A stretch of DNA of 64,000 nucleotides, from NCBI RefSeq assembly GCF_009914755.1, contig NC_060937.1. One strand, given 5' to 3'. Shown piece by piece: positions 1 to 11,800 of this stretch. The notes below the pieces were generated by a model that was given only the letters and a program-made list of their open reading frames with translations, was not told the DNA's origin and ran no database searches. This DNA is from the human T2T-CHM13v2.0 reference genome, Homo sapiens. Each line of letters starts with the position of its first letter. Position 1 is the stretch's first letter. The translations under genes were made by a program, and so were the position numbers.

Positions 1-67
1 CTATGAGTTGAATGCAGACATCAGAAAGAAATTTCTGAGAATGCTGCTGTCTACCTTTTATTTGAAT

Positions 68-84
68 TCCCGCTTCCAACGAAA
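68..84 (-). promoter_or_regulatory. CENP-B box (first of ~170 in the window: 3 per 7-block, 2 per 4-block, 2 in the 5-block)
   Basis: Plus strand TCCCGCTTCCAACGAAA = minus strand TTTCGTTGGAAGCGGGA, an exact match to YTTCGTTGGAARCGGGA. The total is derived from the block counts. Confidence 0.97.
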
Positions 85-240
85 TCCTCCAAGCTATCCA
101 AATATCCACTTGCAGATTCCACAAAAAGAGTGTTTCAAAACTGCTCTCTATCAATGGCAAAGTTCAACTCTGTTAGTTGAGGACACATATCACCAACAAG
201 TTTCTGAGAATGCTTCTGTCTATTTTTTATGGGAAGATAT

Positions 241-257
241 TTCCTTTTTCACCGTAG
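241..257 (-). promoter_or_regulatory. pJalpha (A-box) motif of an A-type monomer; one exact copy per 7-block and variants in the other A monomers
   Basis: TTCCTTTTTCACCGTAG matches TTCCTTTTYCACCRTAG and sits at the position equivalent to the CENP-B box. Confidence 0.8.
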
Positions 258-407
258 GCGTCAAGGCGATCGAAATGTCCACTTCCACAAACTACAAAAA
301 GAGTGTTTCAAACCTGCTCTATGAAAGGCCATGTTCATCTCTATGAGTCGAATGGAAATATCCGAAAGAAATTTCTGGGAATGCTGCTGTCTAGTTTTTA
401 TACGAAT

Positions 408-424
408 TCCCGCTTCCAACGAAA
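408..424 (-). promoter_or_regulatory. CENP-B box (second position in the 7-block)
   Basis: TCCCGCTTCCAACGAAA, 340 bp after the first box. Confidence 0.97.
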
Positions 425-748
425 TCCTCAAAGCAATCCAAATATCCACTTGCAGAATCCACAAAAAGAGTGTTTCAAAACTGCTCTATCAATAGAAAGG
501 TTCAACTCTTTTAGTTGAGTACACACATCACAAACAAGTTTCTGTTAATGCTTCTGTCTGGCTTTTATTGGAAGACGTTTCCTTTTCACCAAAGGCATCA
601 AAGCGCTCCAAATGTCCACTTCCAGATTCTTCCAAAAGAGTGTTTGAAACGTGCTCAAAGTAAGGGAATGTTCAACTCTGTGACTTGAATGCAGATATCA
701 CCAAGTAGTTTCTAATAGTGCTTCTGTCTAGATTTTAGATGATGATAT

Positions 749-765
749 TCCCGTTTCCAACGAAA
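749..765 (-). promoter_or_regulatory. CENP-B box (third position in the 7-block)
   Basis: TCCCGTTTCCAACGAAA = minus strand TTTCGTTGGAAACGGGA. Confidence 0.97.
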
Positions 766-920
766 TCGTTAGAGGTATCCAAATATCCACTTACAGTTGC
801 TACAAAAACAGTGTTTCCAAACTGCTGCATCAAAAGAAAGGTTCAACTCTGTTAGTTGAGGACACACGTCACAAAGGGTGTTTGTGAGAATGCTTCTGTC
901 TAGATTTTGTATGACGATAT

Positions 921-937
921 TCCCTTTTCCAACGATA
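921..937 (-). other. Degenerate, predicted non-binding CENP-B box in the extra B-type monomer of every 7-block
   Basis: TCCCTTTTCCAACGATA (7a) or TCCCTTTTCCAGCGATA (7b): the CGGG core and the TTCG core are both altered. Confidence 0.85.
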
Positions 938-3900
938 TCGTTAAAGCAATCTAAATATCCATTTGCAGAATCCACAAAAATAGAGTTTCAAAGCTGCTCT
1001 GTAAAAAGAAAGGTTCCACTCTGTTAGCTGAGTACACACATCACAAACTTGTTTCTCAGAATCCTTCTGTCTCGTTTTTATGGGAAGATATTTACTTTTT
1101 CACCGTAGGCATCAAAGCGCTCCAAATGTCCACATCCAGATACTCCAGAAAGAGTGTTTCAAACCTGCTCTATGAAAGGGAATCTTCAACTCTATGAGTT
1201 GAATGCAGACATCAGAAAGAAATTTCTGAGAATGCTGCTGTCTACCTTTTATTTGAATTCCCGCTTCCAACGAAATCCTCCAAGCTATCCAAATATCCAC
1301 TTGCAGATTCCACAAAAAGAGTGTTTCAAAACTGCTCTCTATCAATGGCAAAGTTCAACTCTGTTAGTTGAGGACACATATCACCAACAAGTTTCTGAGA
1401 ATGCTTCTGTCTATTTTTTATGGGAAGATATTTCCTTTTTCACCGTAGGCGTCAAGGCGATCGAAATGTCCACTTCCACAAACTACAAAAAGAGTGTTTC
1501 AAACCTGCTCTATGAAAGGCCATGTTCATCTCTATGAGTCGAATGGAAATATCCGAAAGAAATTTCTGGGAATGCTGCTGTCTAGTTTTTATACGAATTC
1601 CCGCTTCCAACGAAATCCTCAAAGCAATCCAAATATCCACTTGCAGAATCCACAAAAAGAGTGTTTCAAAACTGCTCTATCAATAGAAAGGTTCAACTCT
1701 TTTAGTTGAGTACACACATCACAAACAAGTTTCTGAGAATGCTTCTGTCTGGCTTTTATTGGAAGACGTTTCCTTTTCACCAAAGGCATCAAAGCGCTCC
1801 AAATGTCCACTTCCAGATTCTTCCAAAAGAGTGTTTGAAACGTGCTCAAAGTAAGGGAATGTTCAACTCTGTGACTTGAATGCAGATATCACCAAGTAGT
1901 TTCTAATAGTGCTTCTGTCTAGATTTTAGATGATGATATTCCCGTTTCCAACGAAATCGTTAGAGCTATCCAAATATCCACTTACAGTTTCTACAAAAAG
2001 AGTGTTTCCAAACTGCTGCATCAAAAGAAAGGTTCAACTCTGTTAGTTGAGGACACACATCACAAAGAAGTTTGTGAGAATGCTTCTGTCTAGATTTTGT
2101 ATGACCATATTCCCTTTTCCAGCGATATCATTAAAGCAATCTAAATATCCATTTGCAGAATCCACAAAAATAGAGTTTCAAAGCTGCTCTGTAAAAAGAA
2201 AGGTTCCACTCTGTTAGCTGAGTACACACATCACAAACTTGTTTCTGAGAATCCTTCTGTCTCGTTTTTATGGGAAGATATTTACTTTTTCACCGTAGGC
2301 ATCAAAGCGCTCCAAATGTCCACATCCAGATACTCCAGAAAGAGTGTTTCAAACCTGCTCTATGAAAGGGAATCTTCAACTCTATGAGTTGAATGCAGAC
2401 ATCAGAAAAAATTTCTGAGAATGCTGCTGTCTACCTTTTATTTGAACTCCCGCTTCCAACGAAATCCTCCAAGCTATCCAAATATCCACTTGCATTTTCC
2501 ACAAAAAGAGTGCTTCAAAACTGCTCTATCAATAAATGTTCAACTCCTTTAGCTGGGTGCACACATCACAAACAAGTTTCTGAGAATGCTTCTGTCTAGT
2601 TTTTATGGGAAGACATTCCCTTTTTCACCAAAGGCATCAAAGCGCTCCAAATGTCCACTTCCAGACACTACAAAAAGAGTGTTTCCAACGTGCTCTAAGA
2701 AAGCGAATGTTCAACTCTGTGACTTGAATGCAGATATCACAAAGTAGTTTCTGAGAGGGCTTCTGTCTAGATTTTAGATGATGATATTCCCGTTTCCAAC
2801 GAAATCATTAGAGCTATCCAAATATCCACTTACAGTTTCTACAAAAAGAGTGTTTCCAAACTGCTGCATCAAAAGAGAGGTTCCACTCTGTTAGCTGAGT
2901 ACACACATCACAAACTTGTTTCTGAGAATCCTTCTGTGTCGTTTTTATGGGAAGATATTTACTTTTTCACCGTAGGCATCAAAGCGCTCCAAATGTCCAC
3001 ATCCAGATACTCCAGAAAGAGTGTTTCAAACCTGCTCTATGAAAGGGAATCTTCAACTCTATGAGTTGAATGCAGACATCAGAAAGAAATTTCTGAGAAT
3101 GCTGCTGTCTACCTTTTATTTGAATTCCCGCTTCCAACGAAATCCTCCAAGCTATCCAAATATCCACTTGCAGATTCCACAAAAAGAGTGTTTCAAAACT
3201 GCTCTCTATCAATGGCAAAGTTCAACTCTGTTAGTTGAGGACACATATCACCAACAAGTTTCTGAGAATGCTTCTGTCTATTTTTTATGGGAAGATATTT
3301 CCTTTTTCACCGTAGGCGTCAAGGCGATCGAAATGTCCACTTCCACAAACTACAAAAAGAGTGTTTCAAACCTGCTCTATGAAAGGCCATGTTCATCTCT
3401 ATGAGTCGAATGGAAATATCCGAAAGAAATTTCTGGGAATGCTGCTGTCTAGTTTTTATACGAATTCCCGCTTCCAACGAAATCCTCAAAGCAATCCAAA
3501 TATCCACTTGCAGAATCCACAAAAAGAGTGTTTCAAAACTGCTCTATCAATAGAAAGGTTCAACTCTTTTAGTTGAGTACACACATCACAAACAAGTTTC
3601 TGAGAATGCTTCTGTCTGGCTTTTATTGGAAGACGTTTCCTTTTCACCAAAGGCATCAAAGCGCTCCAAATGTCCACTTCCAGATTCTTCCAAAAGAGTG
3701 TTTGAAACGTGCTCAAAGTAAGGGAATGTTCAACTCTGTGACTTGAATGCAGATATCACCAAGTAGTTTCTAATAGTGCTTCTGTCTAGATTTTAGATGA
3801 TGATATTCCCGTTTCCAACGAAATCGTTAGAGCTATCCAAATATCCACTTACAGTTTCTACAAAAAGAGTGTTTCCAAACTGCTGCATCAAAAGAAAGGT

Positions 3901-4210
3901 TCAACTCTGTTAGTTGAGGACACACATCACAAAGAAGTTTGTGAGAATGCTTCTGTCTAGATTTTGTATGACCATATTCCCTTTTCCAGCGATATCATTA
4001 AAGCAATCTAAATATCCATTTGCAGAATCCACAAAAATAGAGTTTCAAAGCTGCTCTGTAAAAAGAAAGGTTCCACTCTGTTAGCTGAGTACACACATCA
4101 CAAACTTGTTTCTCAGAATCCTTCTGTCTCGTTTTTATGGGAAGATATTTACTTTTTCACCGTAGGCATCAAAGCGCTCCAAATGTCCACATCCAGATAC
4201 TCCAGAAAGA

Positions 4211-5060
4211 GTGTTTCAAACCTGCTCTATGAAAGGGAATCTTCAACTCTATGAGTTGAATGCAGACATCAGAAAGAAATTTCTGAGAATGCTGCTGTCT
4301 ACCTTTTATTTGAATTCCCGCTTCCAACGAAATCCTCCAAGCTATCCAAATATCCACCTGCATTTTCCACAAAAAGAGCGTTTCAAAACTGCTCTATCAA
4401 TAGAAAGGTTCAACTCTTTTAGTTGAGTACACACATCACAAACAAGTTTCTGAGAATGCTTCTGTCTGGCTTTTATTGGAAGACGTTTCCTTTTCACCAA
4501 AGGCATCAAAGCGCTCCAAATGTCCACTTCCAGATTCTTCCAAAAGAGTGTTTGAAACGTGCTCAAAGTAAGGGAATGTTCAACTCTGTGACTTGAATGC
4601 AGATATCACCAAGTAGTTTCTAATAGTGCTTCTGTCTAGATTTTAGATGATGATATTCCCGTTTCCAACGAAATCGTTAGAGCTATCCAAATATCCACTT
4701 ACAGTTTCTACAAAAAGAGTGTTTCCAAACTGCTGCATCAAAAGAAAGGTTCAACTCTGTTAGTTGAGGACACACATCACAAAGAAGTTTGTGAGAATGC
4801 TTCTGTCTAGATTTTGTATGACCATATTCCCTTTTCCAGCGATATCATTAAAGCAATCTAAATATCCATTTGCAGAATCCACAAAAATAGAGTTTCAAAG
4901 CTGCTCTGTAAAAAGAAAGGTTCCACTCTGTTAGCTGAGTACACACATCACAAACTTGTTTCTCAGAATCCTTCTGTCTCGTTTTTATGGGAAGATATTT
5001 ACTTTTTCACCGTAGGCATCAAAGCGCTCCAAATGTCCACATCCAGATACTCCAGAAAGA
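4211..5060 (-). repeat. Unique 5-monomer block (850 bp) making a 16-mer HOR variant at 3021-5740
   Basis: Anchor spacing is 850 bp. It begins with 4a alleles (4358, 4379) and continues from 4407 as the 7b tail. Confidence 0.93.
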
Positions 5061-5740
5061 GTGTTTCAAACCTGCTCTATGAAAGGGAATCTTCAACTCT
5101 ATGAGTTGAATGCAGACATCAGAAAGAAATTTCTGAGAATGCTGCTGTCTACCTTTTATTTGAATTCCCGCTTCCAACGAAATCCTCCAAGCTATCCAAA
5201 TATCCACCTGCATTTTCCACAAAAAGAGCGTTTCAAAACTGCTCTATCAATAGAAATGTTCAACTCCTTTGGCTGGGTACACACATCACAAACAAGTTTC
5301 TGAGAATGCTTCTGTCTAGTTTTTATGGGAAGACATTCCCTTTTTCACCAAAGGCATCAAAGCGCTCCAAATGTCCACTTCCAGACACTACAAAAAGAGT
5401 GTTTCCAACGTGCTCTAAGAAAGCGAATGTTCAACTCTGTGACTTGAATGCAGATATCACAAAGTAGTTTCTGAGAGGGCTTCTGTCTAGATTTTAGATG
5501 ATGATATTCCCGTTTCCAACGAAATCATTAGAGCTATCCAAATATCCACTTACAGTTTCTACAAAAAGAGTGTTTCCAAACTGCTGCATCAAAAGAGAGG
5601 TTCCACTCTGTTAGCTGAGTACACACATCACAAACTTGTTTCTCAGAATCCTTCTGTCTCGTTTTTCTGGGAAGATATTTACTTTTTCACCGTAGGCATC
5701 AAAGCGCTCCAAATGTCCACATCCAGATACTCCAGAAAGA
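5061..5740 (-). repeat. Example 4-monomer block, haplotype 4a (680 bp); 17 copies at 5061, 8121, 11181, 17299, 20359, 22229, 26479, 30897, 35825, 40753, 42623, 47721, 50949, 52819, 54689, 56559, 58429
   Basis: EcoRI site intact; alleles CCACCTGCATTTT, GAGCGTTTC and TTGGCTGGGTAC. Confidence 0.95.
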
Positions 5741-6930
5741 GTGTTTCAAACCTGCTCTATGAAAGGGAATCTTCAACTCTATGAGTTGAATGCAGACATC
5801 AGAAAGAAATTTCTGAGAATGCTGCTGTCTACCTTTTATTTGAATTCCCGCTTCCAACGAAATCCTCCAAGCTATCCAAATATCCACTTGCAGATTCCAC
5901 AAAAAGAGTGTTTCAAAACTGCTCTCTATCAATGGCAAAGTTCAACTCTGTTAGTTGAGGACACATATCACCAACAAGTTTCTGAGAATGCTTCTGTCTA
6001 TTTTTTATGGGAAGATATTTCCTTTTTCACCGTAGGCGTCAAGGCGATCGAAATGTCCACTTCCACAAACTACAAAAAGAGTGTTTCAAACCTGCTCTAT
6101 GAAAGGCCATGTTCATCTCTATGAGTCGAATGGAAATATCCGAAAGAAATTTCTGGGAATGCTGCTGTCTAGTTTTTATACGAATTCCCGCTTCCAACGA
6201 AATCCTCAAAGCAATCCAAATATCCACTTGCAGAATCCACAAAAAGAGTGTTTCAAAACTGCTCTATCAATAGAAAGGTTCAACTCTTTTAGTTGAGTAC
6301 ACACATCACAAACAAGTTTCTGAGAATGCTTCTGTCTGGCTTTTATTGGAAGACGTTTCCTTTTCACCAAAGGCATCAAAGCGCTCCAAATGTCCACTTC
6401 CAGATTCTTCCAAAAGAGTGTTTGAAACGTGCTCAAAGTAAGGGAATGTTCAACTCTGTGACTTGAATGCAGATATCACCAAGTAGTTTCTAATAGTGCT
6501 TCTGTCTAGATTTTAGATGATGATATTCCCGTTTCCAACGAAATCGTTAGAGCTATCCAAATATCCACTTACAGTTGCTACAAAAACAGTGTTTCCAAAC
6601 TGCTGCATCAAAAGAAAGGTTCAACTCTGTTAGTTGAGGACACACGTCACAAAGAAGTTTGTGAGAATGCTTCTGTCTAGATTTTGTATGACGATATTCC
6701 CTTTTCCAACGATATCGTTAAAGCAATCTAAATATCCATTTGCAGAATCCACAAAAATAGAGTTTCAAAGCTGCTCTGTAAAAAGAAAGGTTCCACTCTG
6801 TTAGCTGAGTACACACATCACAAACTTGTTTCTCAGAATCCTTCTGTCTCGTTTTTCTGGGAAGATATTTACTTTTTCACCGTAGGCATCAAAGCGCTCC
6901 AAATGTCCACATCCAGATACTCCAGAAAGA
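5741..6930 (-). repeat. Example 7-mer HOR, haplotype 7a (1190 bp); 14 copies start at -37(truncated), 5741, 8801, 11861, 13051, 17979, 22909, 24099, 31577, 36505, 59109, 60299, 61489, 62679
   Basis: Anchor spacing is 1190 bp. Diagnostic tail alleles: ACAGTTGCTACAAAAACAG, CACACGTCAC and ATGACGATATTCCCTTTTCCAACGAT. Confidence 0.95.
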
Positions 6931-8800
6931 GTGTTTCAAACCTGCTCTATGAAAGGGAATCTTCAACTCTATGAGTTGAATGCAGACATCAGAAAGAAAT
7001 TTCTGAGAATGCTGCTGTCTACCTTTTATTTGAATTCCCGCTTCCAACGAAATCCTCCAAGCTATCCAAATATCCACTTGCAGATTCCACAAAAAGAGTG
7101 TTTCAAAACTGCTCTCTATCAATGGCAAAGTTCAACTCTGTTAGTTGAGGACACATATCACCAACAAGTTTCTGAGAATGCTTCTGTCTATTTTTTATGG
7201 GAAGATATTTCCTTTTTCACCGTAGGCGTCAAGGCGATCGAAATGTCCACTTCCACAAACTACAAAAAGAGTGTTTCAAACCTGCTCTATGAAAGGCCAT
7301 GTTCATCTCTATGAGTCGAATGGAAATATCCGAAAGAAATTTCTGGGAATGCTGCTGTCTAGTTTTTATACGAATTCCCGCTTCCAACGAAATCCTCAAA
7401 GCAATCCAAATATCCACTTGCAGAATCCACAAAAAGAGTGTTTCAAAACTGCTCTATCAATAGAAAGGTTCAACTCTTTTAGTTGAGTACACACATCACA
7501 AACAAGTTTCTGAGAATGCTTCTGTCTGGCTTTTATTGGAAGACGTTTCCTTTTCACCAAAGGCATCAAAGCGCTCCAAATGTCCACTTCCAGATTCTTC
7601 CAAAAGAGTGTTTGAAACGTGCTCAAAGTAAGGGAATGTTCAACTCTGTGACTTGAATGCAGATATCACCAAGTAGTTTCTAATAGTGCTTCTGTCTAGA
7701 TTTTAGATGATGATATTCCCGTTTCCAACGAAATCGTTAGAGCTATCCAAATATCCACTTACAGTTTCTACAAAAAGAGTGTTTCCAAACTGCTGCATCA
7801 AAAGAAAGGTTCAACTCTGTTAGTTGAGGACACACATCACAAAGAAGTTTGTGAGAATGCTTCTGTCTAGATTTTGTATGACCATATTCCCTTTTCCAGC
7901 GATATCATTAAAGCAATCTAAATATCCATTTGCAGAATCCACAAAAATAGAGTTTCAAAGCTGCTCTGTAAAAAGAAAGGTTCCACTCTGTTAGCTGAGT
8001 ACACACATCACAAACTTGTTTCTCAGAATCCTTCTGTCTCGTTTTTATGGGAAGATATTTACTTTTTCACCGTAGGCATCAAAGCGCTCCAAATGTCCAC
8101 ATCCAGATACTCCAGAAAGAGTGTTTCAAACCTGCTCTATGAAAGGGAATCTTCAACTCTATGAGTTGAATGCAGACATCAGAAAGAAATTTCTGAGAAT
8201 GCTGCTGTCTACCTTTTATTTGAATTCCCGCTTCCAACGAAATCCTCCAAGCTATCCAAATATCCACCTGCATTTTCCACAAAAAGAGCGTTTCAAAACT
8301 GCTCTATCAATAGAAATGTTCAACTCCTTTGGCTGGGTACACACATCACAAACAAGTTTCTGAGAATGCTTCTGTCTAGTTTTTATGGGAAGACATTCCC
8401 TTTTTCACCAAAGGCATCAAAGCGCTCCAAATGTCCACTTCCAGACACTACAAAAAGAGTGTTTCCAACGTGCTCTAAGAAAGCGAATGTTCAACTCTGT
8501 GACTTGAATGCAGATATCACAAAGTAGTTTCTGAGAGGGCTTCTGTCTAGATTTTAGATGATGATATTCCCGTTTCCAACGAAATCATTAGAGCTATCCA
8601 AATATCCACTTACAGTTTCTACAAAAAGAGTGTTTCCAAACTGCTGCATCAAAAGAGAGGTTCCACTCTGTTAGCTGAGTACACACATCACAAACTTGTT
8701 TCTCAGAATCCTTCTGTCTCGTTTTTATGGGAAGATATTTACTTTTTCACCGTAGGCATCAAAGCGCTCCAAATGTCCACATCCAGATACTCCAGAAAGA
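6931..8800 (-). repeat. Example canonical 11-mer HOR (7b block + 4 block, 1870 bp, five CENP-B boxes); 23 7b-type blocks in the window
   Basis: Spacing is 1190+680 bp. The 7b tail alleles are ACAGTTTCTACAAAAAGAG, CACACATCAC and ATGACCATATTCCCTTTTCCAGCGATATCATT, followed by a block containing TGCATTTTCCAC and GGGAAGACATTCCCTTTTTCACC. Confidence 0.95.
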
Positions 8801-11800
8801 GTGTTTCAAACCTGCTCTATGAAAGGGAATCTTCAACTCTATGAGTTGAATGCAGACATCAGAAAGAAATTTCTGAGAATGCTGCTGTCTACCTTTTATT
8901 TGAATTCCCGCTTCCAACGAAATCCTCCAAGCTATCCAAATATCCACTTGCAGATTCCACAAAAAGAGTGTTTCAAAACTGCTCTCTATCAATGGCAAAG
9001 TTCAACTCTGTTAGTTGAGGACACATATCACCAACAAGTTTCTGAGAATGCTTCTGTCTATTTTTTATGGGAAGATATTTCCTTTTTCACCGTAGGCGTC
9101 AAGGCGATCGAAATGTCCACTTCCACAAACTACAAAAAGAGTGTTTCAAACCTGCTCTATGAAAGGCCATGTTCATCTCTATGAGTCGAATGGAAATATC
9201 CGAAAGAAATTTCTGGGAATGCTGCTGTCTAGTTTTTATACGAATTCCCGCTTCCAACGAAATCCTCAAAGCAATCCAAATATCCACTTGCAGAATCCAC
9301 AAAAAGAGTGTTTCAAAACTGCTCTATCAATAGAAAGGTTCAACTCTTTTAGTTGAGTACACACATCACAAACAAGTTTCTGAGAATGCTTCTGTCTGGC
9401 TTTTATTGGAAGACGTTTCCTTTTCACCAAAGGCATCAAAGCGCTCCAAATGTCCACTTCCAGATTCTTCCAAAAGAGTGTTTGAAACGTGCTCAAAGTA
9501 AGGGAATGTTCAACTCTGTGACTTGAATGCAGATATCACCAAGTAGTTTCTAATAGTGCTTCTGTCTAGATTTTAGATGATGATATTCCCGTTTCCAACG
9601 AAATCGTTAGAGCTATCCAAATATCCACTTACAGTTGCTACAAAAACAGTGTTTCCAAACTGCTGCATCAAAAGAAAGGTTCAACTCTGTTAGTTGAGGA
9701 CACACGTCACAAAGAAGTTTGTGAGAATGCTTCTGTCTAGATTTTGTATGACGATATTCCCTTTTCCAACGATATCGTTAAAGCAATCTAAATATCCATT
9801 TGCAGAATCCACAAAAATAGAGTTTCAAAGCTGCTCTGTAAAAAGAAAGGTTCCACTCTGTTAGCTGAGTACACACATCACAAACTTGTTTCTCAGAATC
9901 CTTCTGTCTCGTTTTTATGGGAAGATATTTACTTTTTCACCGTAGGCATCAAAGCGCTCCAAATGTCCACATCCAGATACTCCAGAAAGAGTGTTTCAAA
10001 CCTGCTCTATGAAAGGGAATCTTCAACTCTATGAGTTGAATGCAGACATCAGAAAGAAATTTCTGAGAATGCTGCTGTCTACCTTTTATTTGAATTCCCG
10101 CTTCCAACGAAATCCTCCAAGCTATCCAAATATCCACTTGCAGATTCCACAAAAAGAGTGTTTCAAAACTGCTCTCTATCAATGGCAAAGTTCAACTCTG
10201 TTAGTTGAGGACACATATCACCAACAAGTTTCTGAGAATGCTTCTGTCTATTTTTTATGGGAAGATATTTCCTTTTTCACCGTAGGCGTCAAGGCGATCG
10301 AAATGTCCACTTCCACAAACTACAAAAAGAGTGTTTCAAACCTGCTCTATGAAAGGCCATGTTCATCTCTATGAGTCGAATGGAAATATCCGAAAGAAAT
10401 TTCTGGGAATGCTGCTGTCTAGTTTTTATACGAATTCCCGCTTCCAACGAAATCCTCAAAGCAATCCAAATATCCACTTGCAGAATCCACAAAAAGAGTG
10501 TTTCAAAACTGCTCTATCAATAGAAAGGTTCAACTCTTTTAGTTGAGTACACACATCACAAACAAGTTTCTGAGAATGCTTCTGTCTGGCTTTTATTGGA
10601 AGACGTTTCCTTTTCACCAAAGGCATCAAAGCGCTCCAAATGTCCACTTCCAGATTCTTCCAAAAGAGTGTTTGAAACGTGCTCAAAGTAAGGGAATGTT
10701 CAACTCTGTGACTTGAATGCAGATATCACCAAGTAGTTTCTAATAGTGCTTCTGTCTAGATTTTAGATGATGATATTCCCGTTTCCAACGAAATCGTTAG
10801 AGCTATCCAAATATCCACTTACAGTTTCTACAAAAAGAGTGTTTCCAAACTGCTGCATCAAAAGAAAGGTTCAACTCTGTTAGTTGAGGACACACATCAC
10901 AAAGAAGTTTGTGAGAATGCTTCTGTCTAGATTTTGTATGACCATATTCCCTTTTCCAGCGATATCATTAAAGCAATCTAAATATCCATTTGCAGAATCC
11001 ACAAAAATAGAGTTTCAAAGCTGCTCTGTAAAAAGAAAGGTTCCACTCTGTTAGCTGAGTACACACATCACAAACTTGTTTCTCAGAATCCTTCTGTCTC
11101 GTTTTTCTGGGAAGATATTTACTTTTTCACCGTAGGCATCAAAGCGCTCCAAATGTCCACATCCAGATACTCCAGAAAGAGTGTTTCAAACCTGCTCTAT
11201 GAAAGGGAATCTTCAACTCTATGAGTTGAATGCAGACATCAGAAAGAAATTTCTGAGAATGCTGCTGTCTACCTTTTATTTGAATTCCCGCTTCCAACGA
11301 AATCCTCCAAGCTATCCAAATATCCACCTGCATTTTCCACAAAAAGAGCGTTTCAAAACTGCTCTATCAATAGAAATGTTCAACTCCTTTGGCTGGGTAC
11401 ACACATCACAAACAAGTTTCTGAGAATGCTTCTGTCTAGTTTTTATGGGAAGACATTCCCTTTTTCACCAAAGGCATCAAAGCGCTCCAAATGTCCACTT
11501 CCAGACACTACAAAAAGAGTGTTTCCAACGTGCTCTAAGAAAGCGAATGTTCAACTCTGTGACTTGAATGCAGATATCACAAAGTAGTTTCTGAGAGGGC
11601 TTCTGTCTAGATTTTAGATGATGATATTCCCGTTTCCAACGAAATCATTAGAGCTATCCAAATATCCACTTACAGTTTCTACAAAAAGAGTGTTTCCAAA
11701 CTGCTGCATCAAAAGAGAGGTTCCACTCTGTTAGCTGAGTACACACATCACAAACTTGTTTCTCAGAATCCTTCTGTCTCGTTTTTCTGGGAAGATATTT

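Noticed and set aside
3558-3716. NLS-like KRKR peptide in the recurrent 76-aa minus-strand ORF
   Set aside because: A chance product of the purine-rich A-box region in a non-coding repeat.
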